A DNA stretch of 55,118 bases. Source: a virus. Taxonomy: Duplodnaviria; Caudoviricetes. Below the pieces are notes generated by a model, which saw only the letters and a list, made by a program, of their open reading frames with translations, searched no databases and was not told where the DNA came from. A program made the translations under genes and the position numbers. The stretch lies in IMG/VR virus record IMGVR_UViG_3300036925_000021, positions 1 to 55,118 of that record. The stretch is one strand, 5' to 3'. Positions 45,030 through 53,538 of this stretch are shown piece after piece (the first letter of the stretch is position 1; each line of letters starts with the position of its first letter).

Positions 45030-45420
45030 CCTCGGGGCTCCTTTCCAGGGGGGCGATGGGTGGGGTAACGGCACAGCGGCACATGTGGTGGAACGGTGGC
45101 TGTAGCTCCTCCGGGAAGCGGTGCTCCTCGCGACAGCGGCGGCACCTCCTGATGGTCCCGTACGGAACGGGGACCAGGCCAATGACGCGCGCGCCGAAAC
45201 CCACCGACCACTGCCCGCCGATCGGCAGGACCTGGGCGTCGGCCAGCTCTGGCTTGAGTATCTCGGCCATGGCGAGGATGGAAACCGGCTGGCCCCACTG
45301 GTGGCCACGCACCGCGCAGGTGACGCGGCGAAGGAGCTGGCCAAGCCCGGCGATCCGACCGCGGAGTAGGGCGCGGAGCGAGCGGGGCATAAGGAGGATC
45401 TGGTCGAGGGTCTGGCGCAT
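45004..45420 (-). CDS. hypothetical protein with C/H metal-binding motifs
   Basis: GGAG RBS; CAVRGH, CRRC, PFHHMCRC. Confidence 0.5.
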   Translation of the reverse strand: MRQTLDQILLMPRSLRALLRGRIAGLGQLLRRVTCAVRGHQWGQPVSILAMAEILKPELADAQVLPIGGQWSVGFGARVIGLVPVPYGTIRRCRRCREEHRFPEELQPPFHHMCRCAVTPPIAPLERSPEDEGEQLLT

Positions 45421-45431
45421 CGTATCTCCAG

Positions 45432-46109
45432 CTAAGCGCCGACCCGCAGCCGCCAGTCCTCGCGGTCGGTCGGCGGTATCCAGGGAATCCCGAGGGCGCG
45501 AAAGGCGTCGCGCTCCTCGGGCGTGGAAAGCGGCTCGTCAAGGGGGGCGCTGGCAGGGCCGTACACCGGCGGCGGGTGGACCCTCGACGGCGGGTGCATG
45601 CGGCCCTGATGGACGCGCCCGCCCTTCGTGCGGCGAGCCCACTCGGTCACGAACCAGCGCGAGAACTCCGCGGGGCCTGTCCGGATGACGCAAAGGACGC
45701 CCCAGGTCTGCGGGGTGCAAAGGAAGAGATCAACGAGGCAGCTGCCGGCGTAGAGGGGGCAGCCAAGCCGCCAGTACTTCGAGGCGCCGGCCGGCCGTTT
45801 CGTGTGCCACGCGTAGTCAGGCTCGGGGGGGTTGGAGCCCGGGCGCACGGGCCAAAGCGGCGAGGCGGTGATCACGTCGTGGAGCGGCAGGTAGGCGGGG
45901 GATGAAGCGTCGCCGAAAAGCGAGCCCTGCTCCGGTGGCACCCCCTCATGGCGTGGAATCGCGAGCAGCTCGATGTCCGAGACGAGCCGCATTCCACGCC
46001 GCACGCTCCCGGCGATCTCGATGCGCTCGCACGCGGGAGACATCAGCCCCACAAGCCACTGGCCCAGGCGCTCTGCCTCCGCTAGGAGCATGCGGTTGCC
46101 GCTGCTCAT
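45432..46109 (-). CDS. polX: minimal family X DNA polymerase/nucleotidyltransferase
   Basis: IEIAGSVRRG, SDIELL, VDLF, IRTGPAEF, EERDAFRALGIPWIPP. Confidence 0.88.
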   Translation of the reverse strand: MSSGNRMLLAEAERLGQWLVGLMSPACERIEIAGSVRRGMRLVSDIELLAIPRHEGVPPEQGSLFGDASSPAYLPLHDVITASPLWPVRPGSNPPEPDYAWHTKRPAGASKYWRLGCPLYAGSCLVDLFLCTPQTWGVLCVIRTGPAEFSRWFVTEWARRTKGGRVHQGRMHPPSRVHPPPVYGPASAPLDEPLSTPEERDAFRALGIPWIPPTDREDWRLRVGA

Positions 46110-46525
46110 GGCCGACCCCCCCGGCGGCGCCGCGCCGCGCACCCCGCGTCCCGCTGGTGCTGCGCGAGCCTGGAGCGCGGGAGTCGGCGGCCACAGTGGG
46201 GGCACGGCGCCGGCTCACAGCCCGCATCCCGCTGATGCTGCCGCAGACCCGTCGGCGAGACGCGCCGGCCGCAGGTGGGGCAGGCGATCCTTTCCTCGGG
46301 GTGCTTCGCGCGGACGTGCTGCTGCAGGCCGCTCTCCCCCGACAAAACGGCATCGCAGAGGGGGCACGGGCAGGGCTGGCGGTCATGGCTCGTCGGCCGG
46401 CAGTTCGGGCCGCGGTCTGCGAGGCAGGTCGTGCAGCGGCGCGGGTAGCCCACCGCATCCCCGAGATACTCGCCACACCCCTGGCACAGGGTGCCGTCCA
46501 GCATCATCTCCGCAATCTGGCCCAT
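46106..46525 (-). CDS. tandem C2H2/C2HC zinc-finger protein
   Basis: N-terminal CQGC..CTTC; CPLC-x12-HVRAKH; two CPxC...HQRDAGC. Confidence 0.8.
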   Translation of the reverse strand: MGQIAEMMLDGTLCQGCGEYLGDAVGYPRRCTTCLADRGPNCRPTSHDRQPCPCPLCDAVLSGESGLQQHVRAKHPEERIACPTCGRRVSPTGLRQHQRDAGCEPAPCPHCGRRLPRSRLAQHQRDAGCAARRRRGGRP

Positions 46526-46664
46526 GGCTTTCTCCTTCCAGTCGTAGTGGCGCCCGCCCGACCAGCGCAAGGCAAAGGCGATTCAGAAGCAGCCCTCTCA
46601 AGGCGGCGGCGAAGGTCTGGTAGGTGCGGGGCAGCAGGGGCGGCACCCAAACCTCCCAGGCCAC

Positions 46665-46916
46665 TCAACCGACGCCAGGCAGCAGGGCGGCGTAGGCAGC
46701 GAGGACGCGGGGCGGGCAGCTCGTCCGCTCAAGCTCGATCGCGCTGATCTCCGCGACGGGCATCGAGAGGCGCCTGCCCATCTCGCCCATGGAAAGGCCG
46801 GCGGCCTCGCGGGTCCGCCTGAGTGCACGCCGCTCTGGCCGAGCGACGACACCGCGACCGCTGCACAGCGGGCAGTCTTCGGTGACAACCGGAATGCCCG
46901 GGCTCGGCTCGCTCAT
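46665..46916 (-). CDS. small XRE HTH protein with N-terminal CxxCxGxG
   Basis: LRRTREAAGLSMGEMGRRLSMPVAEISAIE. Confidence 0.75.
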   Translation of the reverse strand: MSEPSPGIPVVTEDCPLCSGRGVVARPERRALRRTREAAGLSMGEMGRRLSMPVAEISAIELERTSCPPRVLAAYAALLPGVG

Positions 46917-47497
46917 GAGGCTCCTCCCAGGCCCAGGACGGCCTGGCCGCTGCCCTGGACCAGCATTTCGTAAATGGTGATCTCCACCCGAGGGTCGGCC
47001 GCGTCCTTCCGAACGCAGCTGCCGGCCCAGGATCGAATGAAGGCGTCGTTGGTGATTACCCCGGCCACCTCAAGCGCATCGCCGATTGCCTGGTAAAAGC
47101 CGGCGAGGTCGCCGCCCAGTTGCCGGCGGCCAAATCGCGCGACGTAGATGAGGGCGACGATGTGGAGGTGTTGCTCGGGACCCCCCGCGGCCGGCCGCGC
47201 GGTCCAGGCGGTGCGCATCTGCGGCACCACCTCCGCCTCCCACTTGGTGTAGGCGGCGGAGGGCAGGACGATGGGGCGCACGCCACCTCCCCCCCGGCCG
47301 CCGAGGGCGGCGGCGAGAACGCGCTGCGCCTCTGCGTATCCCCGGCGCTCCAGGAGGGAGGCAAGGCCGCGCAGGAGGCGCGCAAGGCCTGGCCCGTAGC
47401 CCTTAGGGCATCCCTTGTAGACCACGCGCCCCGAGGTCTTCTTCGTGACCGGCTTGCCGTACGCGACGAGCTGGCCAAGACGGCGCCGGGTGCTCAT
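46913..47497 (-). CDS. rusA: RusA-like Holliday junction resolvase
   Basis: GKPVTKK, GDLAGFYQAIGDALE.AGVITND, PRVEITI. Confidence 0.75.
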   Translation of the reverse strand: MSTRRRLGQLVAYGKPVTKKTSGRVVYKGCPKGYGPGLARLLRGLASLLERRGYAEAQRVLAAALGGRGGGGVRPIVLPSAAYTKWEAEVVPQMRTAWTARPAAGGPEQHLHIVALIYVARFGRRQLGGDLAGFYQAIGDALEVAGVITNDAFIRSWAGSCVRKDAADPRVEITIYEMLVQGSGQAVLGLGGAS

Positions 47498-48336
47498 GCC
47501 GGCGCGGCGTCGAGCCACTCGGCCGCGTACTCCGCGTCGAGGACGTCGGTCAGGATCTCGGGGAGCGGAGGCAACACGATCGATGCGGCGACCGTCGCCT
47601 CGCCCTCCATGCGCAGGAGGCGGCGCCGGCCCACGGTCGCCATGAACTGGCATGCCGCAACGCGATCCTCAGCGCTCCAGGCCTCGACGATCCTGCCGCC
47701 CACCGGGGTGTGGCCCGCGCCCGTGAAGACGCCGCCGACGATGTAGTCCGGTATGGGATCGCCCGCCCGGAAGAAGACGTCGAAGGCGTCGCGCTCCCTC
47801 CGGATGATGTCCAGGCTCTTCGGGCTCGGGGCTCGGTCGGCGCCGAGGGCTGCCGGCCCCCACACCGTCGCGAACGTCAGCTCCTCGCCGCTGATCGGCC
47901 CCAGGGCGCCAGACGGCTCCCCGGCGACCATCCAGACGAGGAAATCGTTGCCCTTGCTGTGGCGCCAGACCTCGACGTCCTCCCCCTCGTCGCCTTCGTC
48001 GTCGCCCTCCTCCTCGCCTTCGTCGTCGCCTTCCTCCTCGCCTTCGCCGAAGAACGCCTGCGCGTTCCCCGCGCTGTCGTCTTCGTCGTCGCCGCCCTTG
48101 GTGGGCTCCTCGAAGAGGGTGCCCGCGCCGCGCGCGAGGGCGTCCTGCTGCGCCGTGTCGATCTCCGCCAGGTGCCCCAGCAACTGCCGGTTGCACTCCT
48201 CGGCCGCGGCGTACGCCTCGCGCAGGCGGTTGGTCTCGTACGTCTGCACGGTTCCCAGCTGCGCCTCGATCTGCAGGGCGCGCTTCCGGTTCTCCAGGAT
48301 CCCCGTCTGGCTCGCGTGGTCTAGCGCCTTCGCCAT
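47494..48336 (-). CDS. hypothetical protein with very acidic central tract
   Basis: GGAAAGGAG RBS; EEEGDDEG repeats. Confidence 0.7.
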   Translation of the reverse strand: MAKALDHASQTGILENRKRALQIEAQLGTVQTYETNRLREAYAAAEECNRQLLGHLAEIDTAQQDALARGAGTLFEEPTKGGDDEDDSAGNAQAFFGEGEEEGDDEGEEEGDDEGDEGEDVEVWRHSKGNDFLVWMVAGEPSGALGPISGEELTFATVWGPAALGADRAPSPKSLDIIRRERDAFDVFFRAGDPIPDYIVGGVFTGAGHTPVGGRIVEAWSAEDRVAACQFMATVGRRRLLRMEGEATVAASIVLPPLPEILTDVLDAEYAAEWLDAAPA

Positions 48337-48394
48337 GTCAGCTCCCTTTCCTATGCTTGCCGCGCGGCGGCCCATCCGCCGGCGGAGGGTGGCC

Positions 48395-48480
48395 GGCATC
48401 GTATCATAAGAATGATGCAAGTCGCATCGGATTGCATAAATCCTATAGCCTACGATATGATCCGCGGCTGAAAGGAGGAT
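48395..48480. promoter_or_regulatory. AT-rich divergent control region between the two early arms
   Basis: TTGCAT-N18-TATGAT rightward, TATGAT leftward, several short palindromes. Confidence 0.65.
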
Positions 48481-48487
48481 TCATCAG

Positions 48488-48718
48488 ATGGCGAGAGTTC
48501 TGACAAAGGGCCGGAGCGGCCCAGGAGTCGTGAAGTCGGCGAGCCTCGATCCGCGGTTCGTCGAGGAGCTGGAGGCCGTGGCCGCGCGCCAGGAGCAGTC
48601 CGTGTCGCGCGTGATCGCAACCCTGCTGGAGTCGCTCGCGGGCGGCGTGGAAAGGCGCTACGTCGAGATCGTCGCGGCGCGGGCGCAGAGAGCAACGCAC
48701 AACGACGGGGCGGCCTAG
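48488..48718 (+). CDS. ribbon-helix-helix regulator
   Basis: KSASLDPRFVEELEAVAARQEQSVSRVIATLL; AAAGGAGG RBS. Confidence 0.75.
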   Translation: MARVLTKGRSGPGVVKSASLDPRFVEELEAVAARQEQSVSRVIATLLESLAGGVERRYVEIVAARAQRATHNDGAA

Positions 48719-48744
48719 CCCGCCCCCCTGGAAAGGAGAACCCT

Positions 48745-50316
48745 ATGAGCAACGCGGACACCCTGCAGGTCGAGGTGACCGATCTTGCCGGTATCGCCGG
48801 CACCGCCCACGCCGTCATCACGGAGGGCGTCAACGAGCTCCGCGGCCCGAACGGCGCCGGCAAGTCCTCTCTTGCCGCCGCCGTCGCCGCGGGTCTCACC
48901 TCTACCGCTGTCGACCTGCACGAAGGGGCGGACCACGGGCAGGTGGTCATCTCCGGCCGGCCCACCGTCATGCGGCGCTCCGGCGCGGGCGTCAAGGCGG
49001 AGACGACCGGCCCCCCGCCGGACCATCGCCTGCTGCCCTGCGATGCCGTCGCGACCCTGATCACGGGGGATGGGGTGCAGGACCCCGACCGCGCGAACGC
49101 GCGTCGCCTCAAGGCCCTGACCCGGATCTACCCGCTGCCCGTCGACGAGGCGGCCCTGGGGCACCTGGTGCAGGATGATGAAGAGGTCCGCGCGCAGGCG
49201 CGGTTCCTCGTCGGCCAGCAACTCCCCGACGCCCAGGAGGCCCTCCGGAAGCTGATCAACACCGCGGCCCTCGCGCTGGAGAAGGAGGCCGCCGAGGATG
49301 AGGCGGCCATCAAGGTCCACGCGGACCAAGCGGCCGAGCTGCTCAACGAGCTGGGCGGGCGCGCGTCGCTCACCCGCCAAACGGCGGCGCAAGCCCGGGC
49401 CGACGTCGAGGAGGCGCAGCGCGAGCTGGCCCGGCTGGAGGCGGCGCGCGAGAAGCGGGTCGCCCTGGAGGACCAGCAGCAAGAAATCCGGGGGATGGAC
49501 GATCCCGAGCCGCCGCTGCTGGGGCGGCAGGAGGCGCGGGAGGAGGCGGTGACGCAGCATCTGGCCGCGGTGCGCGCGAAGGAGGAGGCGCAGGAGGCCC
49601 TGCGCGCGGCCGAGAAGGCCGTCGAGGTCTGCCACCGCGAGTTGGCCAGCAGGACGGAGGCGCTTGAGGCGACGGTGGCGGAGCACGCGCGCTGGAAGGA
49701 GCGCCGCGCCATCCTGGGGAAGGAGGTCGAGGGGCCGGAGCAGGACGAGGTCGACGCGGCCGTCGCCGACGTCACGCTGCGCCGCAAGGTGGAGGAGCGC
49801 GCAAGCCGTTCCGACAGCTACCGCGCGGCGACGGCCGCGGCCGAGGCGCGGACGAAGGAGCTGGCGGTCCGCAGCGAGCGGGCGGCCCACTTGCGCCGCC
49901 TGGTGGAGGACCTTGGCGACCGCATCGGCGTGCTGCTCGAAGGCGCCGGCATCCCGGACACGCGGATCGTGCGTGGCCGGCTGAGCGCCGTTCTGGCCCA
50001 GGAGGGGGGCGCCGCCCCGCGCGTGGTGGATCTCACCAGCGGGCACATCTCCTCTGGCGAGCTGGTCCGCTGGGCCTTGCGCGTCGGGGCGCCCGCCCTC
50101 GGCGCCGGCGTCCTCAACTTGACGACGATGCGGCCGGGGGACCCCAACTGGTGGAACGACCTGTCCCCCGAGCGTCGGCGCGAGCTACAGGGCGTCATCG
50201 CGGAGACCGCCCCCGGCCTGACGGTGCTCGCCGAGGTGCCCGGAGATGGCCCGTTCGAGGTCTTCCACTACGCGACCGACCGCGCGACCCCCGTCACGCG
50301 CTCGGGGGCCGCCTGA
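48745..50316 (+). CDS. SMC/Rad50-like coiled-coil ATPase
   Basis: Walker A GPNGAGKSS, long coiled coil, ISSGE signature; Walker B degenerate. Confidence 0.8.
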   Translation: MSNADTLQVEVTDLAGIAGTAHAVITEGVNELRGPNGAGKSSLAAAVAAGLTSTAVDLHEGADHGQVVISGRPTVMRRSGAGVKAETTGPPPDHRLLPCDAVATLITGDGVQDPDRANARRLKALTRIYPLPVDEAALGHLVQDDEEVRAQARFLVGQQLPDAQEALRKLINTAALALEKEAAEDEAAIKVHADQAAELLNELGGRASLTRQTAAQARADVEEAQRELARLEAAREKRVALEDQQQEIRGMDDPEPPLLGRQEAREEAVTQHLAAVRAKEEAQEALRAAEKAVEVCHRELASRTEALEATVAEHARWKERRAILGKEVEGPEQDEVDAAVADVTLRRKVEERASRSDSYRAATAAAEARTKELAVRSERAAHLRRLVEDLGDRIGVLLEGAGIPDTRIVRGRLSAVLAQEGGAAPRVVDLTSGHISSGELVRWALRVGAPALGAGVLNLTTMRPGDPNWWNDLSPERRRELQGVIAETAPGLTVLAEVPGDGPFEVFHYATDRATPVTRSGAA

Positions 50317-50678
50317 TGCCGGCGCCCAGCAACACCATCGTCGATCTCCAGCCTGCGCCCGGCGCGGCCGGGGCGCTGGCCGGCACCTGCCCCAACCCGG
50401 GCTGCGGCCGCACCGTCTCCGAGGCGCGCAAGCGCCTGCTGGCCCACTGGTCCGCCTGGGTGGGTCGCTGCCCGCACTGCGGGTGGCTTCTCTTCTTGGA
50501 TATCGAGGACCTGCGGCCAGGCGCCCGCCCGCCGGCGTGGATCGCGGACGGCGAGGGGGGAGCGGCGCTGGCCCTTCGGCTCCCCGACCGCGCCGAGATC
50601 GAGTGGAACGGCCTCGACGTTCCGGCGGAGCAGCGCGACGGCGCCCCGCCCCCACCGGCCCCCGGCGGGGAGGGGTGA
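50316..50678 (+). CDS. Zn-ribbon protein
   Basis: CPNPGCG and CPHCG; TGATG coupling. Confidence 0.6.
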   Translation: MPAPSNTIVDLQPAPGAAGALAGTCPNPGCGRTVSEARKRLLAHWSAWVGRCPHCGWLLFLDIEDLRPGARPPAWIADGEGGAALALRLPDRAEIEWNGLDVPAEQRDGAPPPPAPGGEG

Positions 50679-50682
50679 CGCC

Positions 50683-50994
50683 ATGCCCCGCCATGGCATG
50701 GGCAGGCGGGCGGCGCAGTTGCGGGTCGACCGCGGCGACCTGACGCCCGACGCCCTTCTTGCCCTGATCGCCGAGACGCCCGCGGCTGGGGCCTCCCGCG
50801 TCAATCCCGGCCTCACGAAAGAGCAGGCCCTCGGCATCCTTCGGCGCGCCGTCGAGGCATGGAAAAGGAGGGGGCGTTCGCTGGAGCTGCGCAAGCCGCG
50901 GTGGTCGGGGCGCGGAACGGTCGGCTCAGGGTGGCGAACCATCGCAGTGAATGTCCTGCGCGAATGCGGCCCGCCCGGCACCGGGGAGCCGTGA
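50683..50994 (+). CDS. hypothetical protein
   Basis: GGAGG RBS; coupling. Confidence 0.6.
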   Translation: MPRHGMGRRAAQLRVDRGDLTPDALLALIAETPAAGASRVNPGLTKEQALGILRRAVEAWKRRGRSLELRKPRWSGRGTVGSGWRTIAVNVLRECGPPGTGEP

Positions 50995-51272
50995 TGAGCA
51001 GCCCTGCCCTTCAGCTCCTCGCCGCCGCCCTCGGCAGGGAGATCGCCGCCTTTGGCGCCGGCCTTGCGTGCCGCGGCTGCGGGTCCACCTTTGCGCCGCG
51101 GCAGATTCGCCACGGGCAGGCGGGCAGCCAGCCCCGGCTGGAGCGCATCTGCGGGGCCTGCGCCGATCAACTGGCGGCGGCCCTTCCCGCCGGCGTGCGC
51201 CTGCGCTACGCGTCTGGCGTTCTCTACCTGGAGCAGGTCAACCACAACCACCACGGAGGAGGCTCAGCATGA
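50994..51272 (+). CDS. Zn-ribbon protein
   Basis: CRGCG and CGAC; coupling. Confidence 0.6.
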   Translation: MSSPALQLLAAALGREIAAFGAGLACRGCGSTFAPRQIRHGQAGSQPRLERICGACADQLAAALPAGVRLRYASGVLYLEQVNHNHHGGGSA

Positions 51273-52189
51273 CCCATACCCCCCGCACCATCATCGACGC
51301 CCTCGAAGCATTCTGGACCCCCAGCGCCAGCGAGTACCACAACCCGGCCAACGGGCTGTGGGGCTCCTCGATGATCCGCACCTTCAGCGAGACGCCCTGG
51401 CTGGCCTACACGACCTACGTATCGATGGAGACCCCCCCGGAGGCGCCCTCGAAGGAGATGACCCTCGGCCAGCTCGCGCACCTCCTCATCCTCGAACCCG
51501 ACCTGGTCGCCGACGAGGTGCTCGTCGTCGAGGTCGGCAGCCGCGCCGCCAAGGCGTACAAGACGGCCGCCGAGCACACCCCGGAGAAGCTGGTGGTGAT
51601 CCGGCCCTGGATGGACGACGCCGAGCGTATGGCGGCGAGCGTCCTGGAGCCTCGCACCGAGGCGGCGAGGGTCGCCCACGCGCTCCTCGTCGAGGGGGCC
51701 GGTCGCCGCGAGTACTCGATCCGGTGGGAGGTCGCCGGGGGGGTGCAGGCCAAGGCCCGCCTCGACTACCTGGCGCCCCTGCCGGGCGCCATCGGCAACG
51801 TCGACATCAAGACCACCAGCGCGCCGGACGAGGAGTCGTTCGCCCTCGCCGTCAACAGCCGCAACTACTGTGTCCAGGCGGCGCTCTACGAGCGGGGCCT
51901 GGCCCATGCGCTCGGCCGGCTGCCGGGGGACCTCCAGGGCGCGACCTGCCGACCCCTGGAGATTCCCCGGCGCCTGCTGTACGTGGCCATCCGCAACGCC
52001 CCGCCCTACGAGGTCTACGTCTACGAGCCCGACGAGGCGTTCCTCGACCTGGGGCGCCGCCGGCTCGACGCCATCCTGCCGCATCTGGCGGAGTGCCTCA
52101 ACTCGCCCGATCTCTCCTTGTGGGCGACCGACGCCGAGCGCGCCGGCGTGCGCCGCCTGTCGCCGAAACCCTGGATGCTGGAGCGCTGA
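51269..52189 (+). CDS. RecE/exonuclease VIII-like PD-(D/E)XK nuclease (DUF3799-like)
   Basis: EYH..SSMI, LG.LAH.LILEP, KARLD, VDIKTT, Y.VQAALY. Confidence 0.85.
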   Translation: MTHTPRTIIDALEAFWTPSASEYHNPANGLWGSSMIRTFSETPWLAYTTYVSMETPPEAPSKEMTLGQLAHLLILEPDLVADEVLVVEVGSRAAKAYKTAAEHTPEKLVVIRPWMDDAERMAASVLEPRTEAARVAHALLVEGAGRREYSIRWEVAGGVQAKARLDYLAPLPGAIGNVDIKTTSAPDEESFALAVNSRNYCVQAALYERGLAHALGRLPGDLQGATCRPLEIPRRLLYVAIRNAPPYEVYVYEPDEAFLDLGRRRLDAILPHLAECLNSPDLSLWATDAERAGVRRLSPKPWMLER

Positions 52190-52224
52190 GCCCCCCCCAT
52201 CACCCCTGGAAAGGAAGTGCAACC

Positions 52225-53532
52225 ATGGCAGCAGCAGCGAAGAAGGAGCCCCAAGTATTCGCCCCGGACGCCCTGGCCGTCGTCGCCCGCGCGGAGATTG
52301 ACGGCCGCGTGGCTACCGCCCGGGCCTATCCCCGGAGGATCGAGGACTTCGAGGAGGAGATGGCGCGCTTCGTCGAGACCGACGACGACCTGTGCGCCGC
52401 CGGCTACTACTCCCTGCAGCGCCAGGGCCGCAACGGGGTGAAGCTGATCCAGGGTCCCTCGGTGCGGTTCGCCGAGGTGGTGATCTACTCCTGGCGCAAC
52501 GCTGAGATCGGCACCCGCTATGCCGGCGAGAGCGAGGGCGGCAACGCGGTGCTCGTCCAGGGCATTGCGTACGACTACGAGCGCAACCTGCGCGTGGCGG
52601 ACGAGATCACCCGCTCGATCGTCGGGCGGAAGGGCCGCCGCTTCTCGGCGGACATGGTCGTCACCACGATTCGGGCGGCCGGCGCCATCGCGCGCCGGAA
52701 CGTCATCCTTGGGATCGTCCCGCGCGTCGTCTTCAAGCCCTTCTTCGACCGCTCCCTGGTGCGGGTGCTGGGCTTGACGGCCGGTCAGACCGATCGGTAC
52801 GTGCGCCTGGAGGAGCGGGCGCAGGAGGTCGGGCTCGATAAGCGCCAGCTCGCGGCCCTGCTGCAGAAGGAGCTTGGCCGCATTCCCCCGAGGGGGGATC
52901 TGCGCGACAAGGAGGCCCTGCACGTCCACGGGGTGCTGAACGCCGTCGACGACGGCATGCTGGATCTTGAATCGATCCTCGCGGCGGAGGAGGGCGGGGG
53001 CGATGGGCCGTCCCAGGCCGCCCGGGAGATCCTCGCAGACGACGCAGCGAGGGCGGAGCCGCCGCCCTCGCCAGCGGACGACGAGCTGGCCACCCCGGGG
53101 GAGATTGAGCAGCTGCGCGCCCGCGCCCGGGAGGCCGGCCTGACGGACGACGGCTTGGTGGAGCTCGTCATGGACAACAGCGCGGCCCGCTCCTTCGAAG
53201 CCCTGCGGCATGGCGAGCTGGTCAAGCTTCACGCCATGGTGCTCCGGCTGGCGCAGGACGCGGTGGCGCCCGCCCCAGCGGCCCCGCCGCCGCCGCCGCC
53301 GCCGCCGCCGGCCCGCCCCGCCCCGCCATCTCCCGGCGGCCCCCCCCTGGGCGAGGCGCGGGCCGAGCGCCTCCGCCAGCTCGGCGGCGCCCTCGGCGTC
53401 GCGGAGGACGTCGTCAACAGCGTCCTCGTCGCCGCCATGCAGGACGCTGGCGCCGAGGCCGTGGCCGACCTGCCGCTGAGCCTGGAGGTGGAGCTGGAGA
53501 AGCGTCTCCGCGCCGTTGCTGCTGCGGGCTGA
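52225..53532 (+). CDS. putative single-strand annealing protein
   Basis: AEID..VATARAYPR, YSL.R, IQGPSVRFAE..W.N; directly follows the exonuclease. Confidence 0.55.
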   Translation: MAAAAKKEPQVFAPDALAVVARAEIDGRVATARAYPRRIEDFEEEMARFVETDDDLCAAGYYSLQRQGRNGVKLIQGPSVRFAEVVIYSWRNAEIGTRYAGESEGGNAVLVQGIAYDYERNLRVADEITRSIVGRKGRRFSADMVVTTIRAAGAIARRNVILGIVPRVVFKPFFDRSLVRVLGLTAGQTDRYVRLEERAQEVGLDKRQLAALLQKELGRIPPRGDLRDKEALHVHGVLNAVDDGMLDLESILAAEEGGGDGPSQAAREILADDAARAEPPPSPADDELATPGEIEQLRARAREAGLTDDGLVELVMDNSAARSFEALRHGELVKLHAMVLRLAQDAVAPAPAAPPPPPPPPPARPAPPSPGGPPLGEARAERLRQLGGALGVAEDVVNSVLVAAMQDAGAEAVADLPLSLEVELEKRLRAVAAAG

Positions 53533-53538
53533 TGCGGC

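Noticed and set aside
48443-48700. NPPF motif as the missing methyltransferase catalytic half
   Set aside because: It is the reverse complement of the RHH gene's RBS in a shadow ORF 4 kb away
53281-53345. GCC run as a DNA repeat element
   Set aside because: Encodes a poly-Pro linker in the putative SSAP
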